64,000 bases of DNA from Deltaproteobacteria bacterium (lineage in GTDB: Bacteria > Bdellovibrionota > JAJCYS01): NCBI GenBank assembly GCA_029262815.1, contig JAJCYS010000029.1:9837-73836 (forward strand), written 5' to 3'. Position 1 is the first letter of the stretch; each line of letters opens with the position of its first letter. A program made the translations under genes and the position numbers. The notes under the pieces were generated by a model. The model worked only from the letters and a program-made list of their open reading frames with translations. It searched no databases and was not told where the DNA came from. Shown one piece after another: positions 1-9,256 of the stretch.

Positions 1-826
1 GGATGCCATCTACGGTGCTTTCTAAAAACTGTTCCCAATCCGTTTTTTCCCCTTTTAGATATTTTTTAGAATTTACGAATTTATTAAAGAACTTTACTTG
101 TTCAATTTCAAACGCTTCAATTGAATCGTATAATTTTGCATTGTTTATGCTTTTATAGTGTTGATTCAAAATGAGCATGAGTGGTTTGAGGTCTCTCTCA
201 TCAGCTAATGTATAAAGAACTGCTAAGGGTAGGGCTCTTAAATCTTGAATGAAATGACCATAATGAGCAAACGCTGTATGATGTTTCCAAATGCTTGGAT
301 TTGATTTAAGGAGTGTGAAACAAATTTCTTTGAATTTAGGATGTTCTTTCTGGATCAATGGGGCAATGGATGCCGAAGACGCTCTGAGATTCTCCATCTT
401 TTTGGCAATCAACTCGCTATACTGAAAAGGATGAAATCCATTTCGAGCAATAAAAATAATTTCTCCATCTTTTTGCCATGCAATTTCGGGGTAGCTTACG
501 ACGGTATAGTAGAGCTTATGGGCTTCAGCTATATATAAACCCAGCGCAAGGCATAGCTTCTCAAGCTGGTCATCAGTTAATGTCTGTTCAGACTCAGAGT
601 AACGAGATAGCTGTCCCAGATGTGAAATGAGCGTATCTAAGTGGTTGGGTAGGTTTGCCATGAGCTTGTTGTATTCATCACGGGACATTTTTTTTACCTT
701 CGTTGTTCCCATGACACCTTTTGCCAAATATGAAATGATTTGATCGTAGTCTGGTGTCTCCGAATAAGCTACAACAGGAAGGCAAAGCATTAATAGCAGG
801 CTTACTAATTGTTTAGTAAATTTCAT
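1..826 (-). CDS. Exported hypothetical protein, runs off the left edge of the window (not in the ORF track)
   Basis: Manual translation from ATG at 826 gives MKFTKQLVSLLLMLCLPVVAYSETPDYDQIISYLAKG..., open to base 1. Signal-peptide-like N-terminus; AAGGA RBS upstream, overlapping the stop of the 840-1889 gene. Confidence 0.8.
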   Translation of the reverse strand, partial: MKFTKQLVSLLLMLCLPVVAYSETPDYDQIISYLAKGVMGTTKVKKMSRDEYNKLMANLPNHLDTLISHLGQLSRYSESEQTLTDDQLEKLCLALGLYIAEAHKLYYTVVSYPEIAWQKDGEIIFIARNGFHPFQYSELIAKKMENLRASSASIAPLIQKEHPKFKEICFTLLKSNPSIWKHHTAFAHYGHFIQDLRALPLAVLYTLADERDLKPLMLILNQHYKSINNAKLYDSIEAFEIEQVKFFNKFVNSKKYLKGEKTDWEQFLESTVDGI

Positions 827-839
827 CGCAAGGGGTCCT

Positions 840-1889
840 TTATTTTTTTTCAATAATCAGTAACATATCAGTACTAGCCAAAGAAGGAAAAACTATAATA
901 GGCTTTTTCTTTTTATATTGGGCTAATATTTCTTGCTCCATAATTTTTGCGGGGATTCCATCTGTGATCTTAGGTATATAGAACTTGCCGTCTTTGAACT
1001 GTTGGTTTCCTTTTGTTTCTTCTTTGATTTTGAATACATCATTTCTCGTAATAAGAACAAAACTATGATAATAAATGTAAACGGTAATATTGTGTTTGGC
1101 CTCAAGATCTTTTAGAGAGTCTTCGGTGATTTTGATCTCAGAATAAAAATCAGTAAATCGAATTTGCCCACTTTTTTTAGTTACTCGGATCGCCTCAGAG
1201 ATAGCTTTCATCTGTTCTGCTTCAGTGGCAAAGCATCCTAATAGTCTGTGCGCATATACGTAATGAAACGAATTATCTTTGATACCGTTTTTGTGAATAA
1301 AGGCGAACTTCTTTTTAGCTTTAATACTCTTTTTCAAATCAAGTGCATTGCCTGAGATTAAGTTGGCATTAAACCGTGAATCGGATCTATAATTTTTCAT
1401 CAACTCTTTTTCTCTTAAGCTGGGGGAAAGTGTCTCGATTGGAAAGTTTAATGCGTACCACAAGTCTAACCCAATAACGTGTATACCTCGTGAAAGTAAA
1501 TATGGAACAAACCCGCTGAATCCTTCTCCTAAGCTTAAGACTTGACGATCTTTTAGGGATTCGAATTTGGTCTCCAAGAAATGTGCTGTGAATTTTTTCG
1601 AGAAATTTTCATCAGTTTTTTTAAAACTAGGACTAATGTAAGTTGATACAAGCGTATCGGTCAGACCTTTAAAGCTTTCATTTTTCTGCTTATCAAATAG
1701 CCCTTCGAGCCCCAGGCTATAGAGTACATAAGCTGTAGGAAAAGTTGTTTCTCCCGTGAAATAGCTGTTTCCTCTTTTGGCAAGTGCAGAAAATTGTTGT
1801 TGTAGAGTATCCTGATTTTGTTTTTCGTCAGCTAAGGCTGGGCCTGTGGCGAATAGAATGGCAGAAATGAGTACGATAAACTTTTTCAT
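840..1889 (-). CDS. Signal-peptide-bearing class I SAM-dependent methyltransferase-like protein
   Basis: Signal MKKFIVLISAILFATGPALA. Motif I-like VLSLGEGFSG, acidic GLDL, SGNALDL, DNSFHYVY and IRVTKKSGQI resemble Methyltransf_11-type motifs. GGAGAGG RBS. Confidence 0.7.
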   Translation of the reverse strand: MKKFIVLISAILFATGPALADEKQNQDTLQQQFSALAKRGNSYFTGETTFPTAYVLYSLGLEGLFDKQKNESFKGLTDTLVSTYISPSFKKTDENFSKKFTAHFLETKFESLKDRQVLSLGEGFSGFVPYLLSRGIHVIGLDLWYALNFPIETLSPSLREKELMKNYRSDSRFNANLISGNALDLKKSIKAKKKFAFIHKNGIKDNSFHYVYAHRLLGCFATEAEQMKAISEAIRVTKKSGQIRFTDFYSEIKITEDSLKDLEAKHNITVYIYYHSFVLITRNDVFKIKEETKGNQQFKDGKFYIPKITDGIPAKIMEQEILAQYKKKKPIIVFPSLASTDMLLIIEKK

Positions 1890-1957
1890 AGTGACCTCTC
1901 CAATTTAGATTAGAACTACACTCTAGCGAGTTTTGGTCGTCATGCAAGAAAAAAAAG

Positions 1958-1986
1958 GTGGATCCCTGCCTTCGCTGGGATGACAG
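1958..1986. repeat. REP-like short palindromic element (family 1)
   Basis: gtggatccctgccttcgctgggatgacag; 17 nt are identical in reverse complement to 53170-53186. It lies just downstream of the AsmA-like gene. Confidence 0.65.
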
Positions 1987-1999
1987 TGGGAGAGAAAAA

Positions 2000-3505
2000 T
2001 TATTTAAATATCCCTTTGATGCCCTTAAAAACGTTTTCGACTCCTTTACCCACGCCTTTACCTGTTTGCTCGATAATGCCCACGGGTGTCAGGGTTCGTT
2101 TGAGGATTTTAGCTTTCGCTTTTTGATAAATAGCGTCAGTCTCGACTGTGTATATCGGTTTATCTAGTGACCCATGAATATGAATTGGGACCACAAGATC
2201 ACCATTTTTATCCCCTATGAGCTCTAAAATAGGTTCAGCTGGTTTTTGTTTGATGCCATAAATAGTGAGCTCTAGGTTTATGTCGAGTATTTTAGTCACT
2301 AAGTAGATTTTCCCTTGTCCACTGATTTCTGATTCTTCATTCGTGAGTTTGATGTTGTTGAGTATTATTTCACCACCTTGTGCTAAGTAATTCGCTTGAC
2401 CTTGGCTTTTGAGGGTGAGTAAATTGGGTGCTTTTAATAATGCCGTTTTTTGATGCGTCAAACTCAAATGAGGCTTGATTTTCTCATTCGTGTTATGGAT
2501 AGCAGCATCTAATTTGTTTTGAAGGTGTTTCTTTTTGAGAAGGGCGTCTTTAAATTCAACTTTCCCTTTTCCAAATATGGATGTCAGGATCGGGTTATAT
2601 GACTTATTCAGTATTTGACTAAAGTTGTTCGTAACCAAATGAATAGATCCCCCCAATGTGTCTTTATGGACCGGACTGAACACTGTGATTAGCGTGTTGA
2701 TTTCGGGGTGGTCATATCGCAAGGAGTTGCTTTCGTTCTTGCCAGTTTTAAAGTCATGAATATTTGTAGGGATAGTGAGACTGCCTCCGTATATAGATAT
2801 GATGAGCCCTTCAGTAGTCATTCGATCTGGCGTTGCCAGTGCAGAGCTTAGTGCAATCTGAATGGGCAAGGGTTTTGTCTGTTTGGGCATGATAGAAGGG
2901 GATGAAAAACGGCTATTCACTTTTTTGAGCTGCACTGAGAAAGATTCAAATGATTTGAAGGCTAACAGTGCTTCGAACTTCAGGTTGACTTGATCGAGTG
3001 AAAGTATTGAATCACCTTGATATAGCAATTGCGTTGCCCGGCCTTTAAATTGAATTTTACTGTCTTTGATATCTAAAACGGATTTGGAATATTGGAAAAC
3101 ATCTGAAACAGTCAATGTAATATTAGCTTGTATTAATTTCAATTTAGGGTGATCGATATTCAGGTGAGTAGCGATCACGGTTGTACGCATTGAAAAATGT
3201 ATGACCGATTCCCACAAATTGATATACATTTGAACAGTTTGGGCGTCACCGGAGACTTTAATGTTCGGTGCGTTAAACTTGGGTTCAGTTAGGGTTATTT
3301 TTGATGGGAACCCCCAATCAAATTCGATGTTTTTGTAGGTTAGCTCAATGCCAGATTGTTTGGCGGTTTGAGTTAACCAATTACCCAGCTTTTCTTTCGG
3401 AAAGAAAAAATAAAGAAAAACGGAACATATAAGGAGTATGGCGAGTATAAGGCCAGAACCCATGCCTAGAACTTTAAAAAATCGCTTCATATTCTGCTCC
3501 ATCAT
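2000..3505 (-). CDS. AsmA-like envelope protein (N-terminal anchor, AsmA-like C-terminal region)
   Basis: N-terminal TM followed by FFPKEK, beta-rich body, and C-terminal ISGQGKIYL...LDINLEL...VPIHIHGSLDKP typical of AsmA C-termini. Confidence 0.7.
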   Translation of the reverse strand: MMEQNMKRFFKVLGMGSGLILAILLICSVFLYFFFPKEKLGNWLTQTAKQSGIELTYKNIEFDWGFPSKITLTEPKFNAPNIKVSGDAQTVQMYINLWESVIHFSMRTTVIATHLNIDHPKLKLIQANITLTVSDVFQYSKSVLDIKDSKIQFKGRATQLLYQGDSILSLDQVNLKFEALLAFKSFESFSVQLKKVNSRFSSPSIMPKQTKPLPIQIALSSALATPDRMTTEGLIISIYGGSLTIPTNIHDFKTGKNESNSLRYDHPEINTLITVFSPVHKDTLGGSIHLVTNNFSQILNKSYNPILTSIFGKGKVEFKDALLKKKHLQNKLDAAIHNTNEKIKPHLSLTHQKTALLKAPNLLTLKSQGQANYLAQGGEIILNNIKLTNEESEISGQGKIYLVTKILDINLELTIYGIKQKPAEPILELIGDKNGDLVVPIHIHGSLDKPIYTVETDAIYQKAKAKILKRTLTPVGIIEQTGKGVGKGVENVFKGIKGIFK

Positions 3506-3604
3506 GCCGATACCCAGTGATAGTCCTGAGTATGCTTAGGACTTTGAGGAATTTGTCAATTCCCGATAGTGTCCAACACTTGGCGGGTTTTATGAAGAGA
3601 AATT

Positions 3605-4288
3605 ATGAGTGATGTAGCAATTACAGCCGATCCGCCCAAAAAGAAAGGATTTTTTCGGAGACTTTTGAAATGGTGTTTTTGGCTTTTTATTCTATTTATA
3701 CTGCTTATAGCCATAGTAGCAGCCTTGATTTTTCGTGTGCCCCATAAGTTGGGATTAATTCCCAATGTAGCAAAAAAACATATGGTTTTGACGCCAGATC
3801 GTGAGGGGGCCAGGAGAATTCTCAAAGCAGCGATTAAAAGAGGCATGCCCGCAAAAGGGGTGAATCTATATGTCATACCTTATAAAAAAGGCGATGCCAG
3901 CATCATTCTACTGCATTTGGATGCAAGTGAAGGATTCAAATTTAACGCTAAAAAAAGCAAACGTGGACCCATTGGGGACACCTTCGTTCAAGTAGCGAGC
4001 GGTTCAGAGGTGCAGGGACTCGGTATTGAACGTGTGTCGATGGTGTACTTTTCGAAGTATGGCAAAGATTTAATGACTATGAGTGCATCGCGGTCTGATA
4101 TTTTGCAGTATGCCAATGGAAAATTGACAAAGAAAACGTTCATGGAAAAAGTTGATGGGGATATTAATCTACCTGCGATGATTGATGAACAGATCCAGAC
4201 ACTCAAAAAATATTCAAAAACAAAAGATGAAACGCTTAATAAATTATCTACCAAAGAGAGAAAAGCATTAAAGGGGTTATTGAAATGA
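3605..4288 (+). CDS. Hypothetical membrane-anchored protein
   Basis: Basic N-terminus plus one long hydrophobic helix; 4-nt ATGA-type overlap with the next gene. Confidence 0.75.
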   Translation: MSDVAITADPPKKKGFFRRLLKWCFWLFILFILLIAIVAALIFRVPHKLGLIPNVAKKHMVLTPDREGARRILKAAIKRGMPAKGVNLYVIPYKKGDASIILLHLDASEGFKFNAKKSKRGPIGDTFVQVASGSEVQGLGIERVSMVYFSKYGKDLMTMSASRSDILQYANGKLTKKTFMEKVDGDINLPAMIDEQIQTLKKYSKTKDETLNKLSTKERKALKGLLK

Positions 4289-4983
4289 AAAAACTCCGAT
4301 TGTTTAGTTTGATTTTACCTTTCGTATTCGTTTTGACTGCTTGTGATAAAGAAGATACGGATTTTGTCATGGACTTTGCCAACGATTGGATGATTGAGAA
4401 AGGCATGATGTATAAGGATAAAAAAACGGGCGAAGTCAAACCGACAATTAAAGCTGGCTTGGTGGCCACGGGTTGGGCTACATCAGGGGATCCAAAAGTG
4501 GACGCCGCGCTGCAAGCAGGGTATGTGATTAAAGGGGTGAAAGAATCCGATGAGCTAGTTGATAAGGCCCAGGAAGATATGGCTAAAAAACCACCTGACA
4601 GTAGTAAAGCGCTTGAAAAATTGGACAAAGCTGTGAGCAATCGACCGAACGACTGGTATTACAAGAACAGTCGTGGAACCACCTATCTCCAAATGGGAAA
4701 TGTTACTGCAGCTGAAAGTGATTTTAAAGCGGGTGAGGACAATTGCCAAGGTAACAGTCGGTGTCTACTTGCGCTTTATAGAGATCGTACTTCTCAGCTA
4801 ACGGATTTGAAGGATCAGCAAACGGCTAACAATCAAAATGCAGCCGACTGTTCAACCTACACACATTTGCTTGCAAGCAAACGTAAATTGCGCGGTATGA
4901 CTACAGGTTCAATCCAGAAAGCTCACACAGCCGAGATTAGACAACTCATGAGTAATCAAGCAAGTTGCAAAAAAGGCAAATAA
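4285..4983 (+). CDS. TPR-containing lipoprotein
   Basis: Lipobox VLTAC; TPR-like ALEKLDKAVSNRPNDWYYKNSRGTTYLQMGNVTAAESDF. Confidence 0.75.
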   Translation: MKKLRLFSLILPFVFVLTACDKEDTDFVMDFANDWMIEKGMMYKDKKTGEVKPTIKAGLVATGWATSGDPKVDAALQAGYVIKGVKESDELVDKAQEDMAKKPPDSSKALEKLDKAVSNRPNDWYYKNSRGTTYLQMGNVTAAESDFKAGEDNCQGNSRCLLALYRDRTSQLTDLKDQQTANNQNAADCSTYTHLLASKRKLRGMTTGSIQKAHTAEIRQLMSNQASCKKGK

Positions 4984-5021
4984 GTCGTTTGTACTTTATA
5001 AAAATACCGAAATAGGGGATA

Positions 5022-7220
5022 GTGTTTCGGATGATACTTAATACACACAAATCGGGAAACATTTTTTTATTAATAACTTTATGCTTAGTTCTCAGTTCAT
5101 GTAATAAAGGGGCTGATACAAATCCCAAATCTTCTGAAATTAAAAATAATCAGAATAAAAACGATTCTATTCAACAAAAACTAAAACTTGTGTTACCCGA
5201 AGAGGGATTTGGATTCACTGATGAAAGAGCAATCAACGCTTATGATCAGTTCAAAGGTAAGGATTTCTTTTCACTTACTAAAAAAGAAAGGCATAAATTA
5301 CTTTTGGCTATTTTTGAATCATCCAGTGAGTATTGGTCAAGGAACAATGAAGCAATTTTAAATTTCGCAAAGTTTATAGTGACACTCGGTAGAGATATGG
5401 CTAAGTCTGAATCCAAGTTGGATGTTGAAAAAATAAAAATAATTGAGCCAGAGAGAGAAGAATCTCTACATCATTTGATTGGGACAGGATTTTATCAGAA
5501 TCGTCCCAAATTAGATGTATTAGCAATAGCACATTTAGCTTCAGTGCTTGTACAAGTCAAGAATCCTAAATTTATACTAAGAATTGCAAAAGAAGCAGCC
5601 AAACATACAAATGTGCTTAATGTGGCAACTGCCAGGACTTTGAGTAGTGCAATTTACGATGCCAAAAAAAATATAGAATTCGGAAAAAGTAACCTAGAAA
5701 AACTAACTAGATATCAAAAAACAATTTCTGATCCAACGCCTCTTGAATTATATTCTCACAAGGATTGGTTTGGTCTTGAAGAAAAATATGGGAATATAAA
5801 ATCCGCTAAAAATGAAGAAGAAGTGCTTAAACATTGGTCTATATTGATGCAAACGTACAAAAACTCTGACACCGAACCAATGCAAAAATTAGCTATTAGA
5901 TCGTTCGTCCGGTTTATTAATAACGATCTAGGTACTGCTTTAGTTAACCATAAATTCAGAATTTTAGATTCGCAAAAGGAATTGTGGAATGACGTAAAAA
6001 GCAAAATATTGAAATTAGAGGCGACTGTAGAAATTATTAAAGAAATTGAAAAACCAATTCCACCCCACAAAGACATGGTGATTTCTGAAAAACCCAAAAT
6101 TATTCTAGAGCCAGAGCATAAGGTAGTGGCTTTGACTGTGGCTACGGTGTTCGGCGAATCACCTCAGTATTATGACTCTGCTGATACAGGGAATTCCTTT
6201 GGGACATTACCGCTTGGAACGATAGCTCACGTTTTTGAGAATAAAAACAACCATTATTTGATGGCATATACTAATACAAAATTCGATATTGATTGGGATA
6301 CTGGAAAATATGTGACTACCTATACGCCAAGAAACTGGTTGGGTTGGGTACCTGTAGACGCGTTATTGGTTCGAGAAACGCCGCTTATGCTCGAGATGTT
6401 AAAAACAGATACCTCCGATTTGGGTAAACAAATAAATAAAATTATAGCAGTCAATAAGGTGTATCAAAAATTGCCTGTGCGTGTTCTTTCCGCTTCGTCA
6501 GAAGAAGTTGCCGTTTTTTCTTCACCAGGTATTAAAATGAAAGGGAAGACGATTCATCTACTTTTGCCAAATCAAATTTATTTTGTGTACAAAGCTGTCG
6601 AAAAAGAAGGGCAATGGTATTTCTTATTGGGTCACACTGCCAGTCTTAAGAAGAGAGATCAAAGAGGAGATGCTCGGGGATTAAAAACAAATCTCTTAGG
6701 GTGGGTAAAATCCGATCAAATTTCGTTGTATTCAGAAATGGATGTGGATAAGGTTTATGTATCTGCCAGTGAATTAAAATATATTATAAGTCTGTACAGT
6801 GCAATTAAAAATACCGTCGATTTATCGAAATTAGGTAAGGAGGGTTGGCAGGTTACTCTATTGGGTAAAATTACAAAAAAGTTTTTTATTAACACAGCAA
6901 AATATGATCATGAAAAGGTCACAAAAATACTTATGAAGTTAGAATCATTAAAAGAGGTTGTGGATTACCTTATTGAAAATCAGGTGATCACATTTGTACC
7001 GCCATTAAATGCAAAAATATTTGAATCTCCTTTTGAAAGCCAAAAGGACGATATTGATCAGATTAATATAGGTTTGAAAGAAGTAAATGAAGCGATAGAA
7101 AAATTCGAAACGATCTATCGGAATGAAGAAAAAGCTGTTGTAAAATCAAAGACTCGAAGGTCTCATACGTTTGAGCATTTGTACCGTATCTACTGGATTG
7201 ACAAAAAATTATTTCCATAA
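5022..7220 (+). CDS. Large lipoprotein with two SH3b-like segments
   Basis: Lipobox LSSC; two LGWV motifs (WLGWVPVDAL, LLGWVKSDQI) ending SH3b-like units; C-terminus YWIDKKLFP. Confidence 0.7.
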   Translation: MFRMILNTHKSGNIFLLITLCLVLSSCNKGADTNPKSSEIKNNQNKNDSIQQKLKLVLPEEGFGFTDERAINAYDQFKGKDFFSLTKKERHKLLLAIFESSSEYWSRNNEAILNFAKFIVTLGRDMAKSESKLDVEKIKIIEPEREESLHHLIGTGFYQNRPKLDVLAIAHLASVLVQVKNPKFILRIAKEAAKHTNVLNVATARTLSSAIYDAKKNIEFGKSNLEKLTRYQKTISDPTPLELYSHKDWFGLEEKYGNIKSAKNEEEVLKHWSILMQTYKNSDTEPMQKLAIRSFVRFINNDLGTALVNHKFRILDSQKELWNDVKSKILKLEATVEIIKEIEKPIPPHKDMVISEKPKIILEPEHKVVALTVATVFGESPQYYDSADTGNSFGTLPLGTIAHVFENKNNHYLMAYTNTKFDIDWDTGKYVTTYTPRNWLGWVPVDALLVRETPLMLEMLKTDTSDLGKQINKIIAVNKVYQKLPVRVLSASSEEVAVFSSPGIKMKGKTIHLLLPNQIYFVYKAVEKEGQWYFLLGHTASLKKRDQRGDARGLKTNLLGWVKSDQISLYSEMDVDKVYVSASELKYIISLYSAIKNTVDLSKLGKEGWQVTLLGKITKKFFINTAKYDHEKVTKILMKLESLKEVVDYLIENQVITFVPPLNAKIFESPFESQKDDIDQINIGLKEVNEAIEKFETIYRNEEKAVVKSKTRRSHTFEHLYRIYWIDKKLFP

Positions 7221-7233
7221 AAAAGAAGATGCA

Positions 7234-7309
7234 GGAGTTCTTAGGGTCTCAGAGCACTTTTTGGCACTTAAGAAGGTGCCAAAAAGTGCTCTGAGACCCT
7301 AAGAACTCC
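7234..7309. repeat. Perfect 34-bp inverted repeat with 8-nt loop between convergent genes (probable bidirectional terminator or collapsed MITE)
   Basis: ggagttcttagggtctcagagcactttttggcac (7234-7267), loop ttaagaag, then the exact reverse complement (7276-7309). Confidence 0.95.
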
Positions 7310-7319
7310 CAAAACAACT

Positions 7320-9104
7320 TTAGGGTAAATTCTTAACCATTCTCCTAAAATTTTCCAACACAATTCCCTGAAAGGTTGGCCAGGTGGTGTCAGAAAAATC
7401 ATTAAACGTTTTTTCAAAATCTTCATACCCCAAAAAAATGCCTTTATCTTTGAAAGCGTTCAACCCTAGAACACGATCAAAAACGATTTCTGGAACCACA
7501 GATTGAAACTCTACTTCGGTTCGCGGTAACCGATTGTGCATGCTATAAAATCGTTGAACAGCTACTAAAGTGAAATATTTTAGTTTTGTGTGGTGTCCAT
7601 CTCCAGGGCTGTATTTTATTTTTTTATTATTGAGAGGGATGGTATGAAACAAGCTTAATATTTTTGATTTTATTTTGCTGTTATTTTTCTTTTTTAAATT
7701 ACATACATATAATTCATGAAGCAGTGTTTTGCCTTCATAAAAATTCATTTCGTTAAAGAAAGAATTTTCAGACAATAATACATCTGATAGCAGCAATACG
7801 TCACGCATGCCTAAAGCACTTGCATAATCCGACAACGTTTTACTCAAAACAGTTTCATCTATATGCTCAATTGTTTTATGTTCATGAGATACAAAGACTA
7901 ATTCCTTTTTTACTTCTTTGATAAATTTATCCATTACGAGATTCTGCAATGACCCTTTTGATGAACGGAGTCTGAGTTGAGCAAGTCGAAACAAGCGTTT
8001 CCGGCCACTAGCCTTTGATAGATCAAGCTCACTGTCTGGAAAATGGTTACTCTGGTATGCCACTAAGACGTGTTTTGGTAACTCTAAAAATCGATTTTCA
8101 AAGCGTTTACTCTCTATATAATTAAAAAGTTTGACCAGGTTGCTGTCAACCATGACTTCAGGATATAAAAAAGTACCTTGGGTCAATATAAGGTTGTGAT
8201 CAATTTGTAGTGTAACGATACCTGCGTCAGCAACAATCTCACTTGCTTTTAAATGTGCGAGTAGGACCAACTTCATATCTGAAGTGATCTCCTTTGGATC
8301 GATATTTAGGCGAGTTAATAACGCATCATACGTTCTGACATGGTTGCCATAAAACGCATAACGCTTATTTATCTCAAAAGCAGGGTTATTCATAACGTCT
8401 GGATATGTTCCTTCAATGTGAGTTGTGTGAGGTACAAAGCGAGAAACCAGAATGGGTAAACTCATGAGATGTGAATGAATATCTGTTTCCGAGACAGGTA
8501 GACTGTGCTTATCATTTAATAAGCTATGTAATGAAGGATAGCTAATACCCCCTAAATTAGCCTTGTAGTCATTGAGGCGATAGGTTGGCAATCTTGTGTT
8601 AGGCCAATGTGAGGGCGTGATTGTATTCAAGATAGGCACGACATATTCTGGAAAAAGAAGAGAAGCCATGTGCTGGATATGTAGATTAAATTGCGTGTGC
8701 ATAGCTGGGTATGGTCTACCCGAAGTAATCAAAAAATCTGTACTTTGTATGAGCCAACTCACGTTGTAAATATCATCAATGAATGTATCCACATTCATGT
8801 GAAACCCACTAACTGCTAGAAATACGCCGAACTGGTTGTCCCGATAGTGAAATTTTACAACCAAGTCACCATAGGTTTTATGAGGTAAGTGATACAGAAT
8901 TCCCTCATGCCCAATGGAGACGATTTTCATTTTAGTGTTCTCACGTAGTGATGTGCTTACAAGGGTGTGCAACTGCTCTTGATTCAAGGAGGGGATACAT
9001 GCAAAAACACTCTGTAAAATCCCAAATAGGGCAACTATAAAAGGGAATGAAAGTTTCAACCACATGAACTGAGCATATCTATCAAACGGGGCGTTTAAAC
9101 ACAA
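7320..9104 (-). CDS. Exported hypothetical protein with kinase-like N-lobe (probable start at ATG 9065)
   Basis: MWLKLSFPFIVALFGILQSVFA-C signal. IVSIGHEGILYH...LVVKF resembles the Gly loop and VAIK strands. No clear catalytic loop seen. Confidence 0.65.
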   Translation of the reverse strand: MCLNAPFDRYAQFMWLKLSFPFIVALFGILQSVFACIPSLNQEQLHTLVSTSLRENTKMKIVSIGHEGILYHLPHKTYGDLVVKFHYRDNQFGVFLAVSGFHMNVDTFIDDIYNVSWLIQSTDFLITSGRPYPAMHTQFNLHIQHMASLLFPEYVVPILNTITPSHWPNTRLPTYRLNDYKANLGGISYPSLHSLLNDKHSLPVSETDIHSHLMSLPILVSRFVPHTTHIEGTYPDVMNNPAFEINKRYAFYGNHVRTYDALLTRLNIDPKEITSDMKLVLLAHLKASEIVADAGIVTLQIDHNLILTQGTFLYPEVMVDSNLVKLFNYIESKRFENRFLELPKHVLVAYQSNHFPDSELDLSKASGRKRLFRLAQLRLRSSKGSLQNLVMDKFIKEVKKELVFVSHEHKTIEHIDETVLSKTLSDYASALGMRDVLLLSDVLLSENSFFNEMNFYEGKTLLHELYVCNLKKKNNSKIKSKILSLFHTIPLNNKKIKYSPGDGHHTKLKYFTLVAVQRFYSMHNRLPRTEVEFQSVVPEIVFDRVLGLNAFKDKGIFLGYEDFEKTFNDFSDTTWPTFQGIVLENFRRMVKNLP

Positions 9105-9201
9105 GGTGTGTTATCGGTGGGCGCGTGACCATACCTACCTGAAAATCGTATAACTATTTAAAAATATTGATGAAAAGTTCCAAAACCACGCTTTTGTAAA
9201 A

Positions 9202-9210
9202 TGCTATAAT
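9202..9210 (+). promoter_or_regulatory. Extended -10 promoter element upstream of the giant gene
   Basis: TGCTATAAT about 47 nt upstream of the start; AAGGGGG RBS follows. Confidence 0.5.
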
Positions 9211-9256
9211 CCTTAAGTAAAAGCGGTGAACAAGACCACAATCATCAAGGGGGATT

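Noticed and set aside
1958..2167. ORF starting MDPCLRWDDS
   Set aside because: It starts within a REP-like element and runs antisense to the AsmA-like gene.
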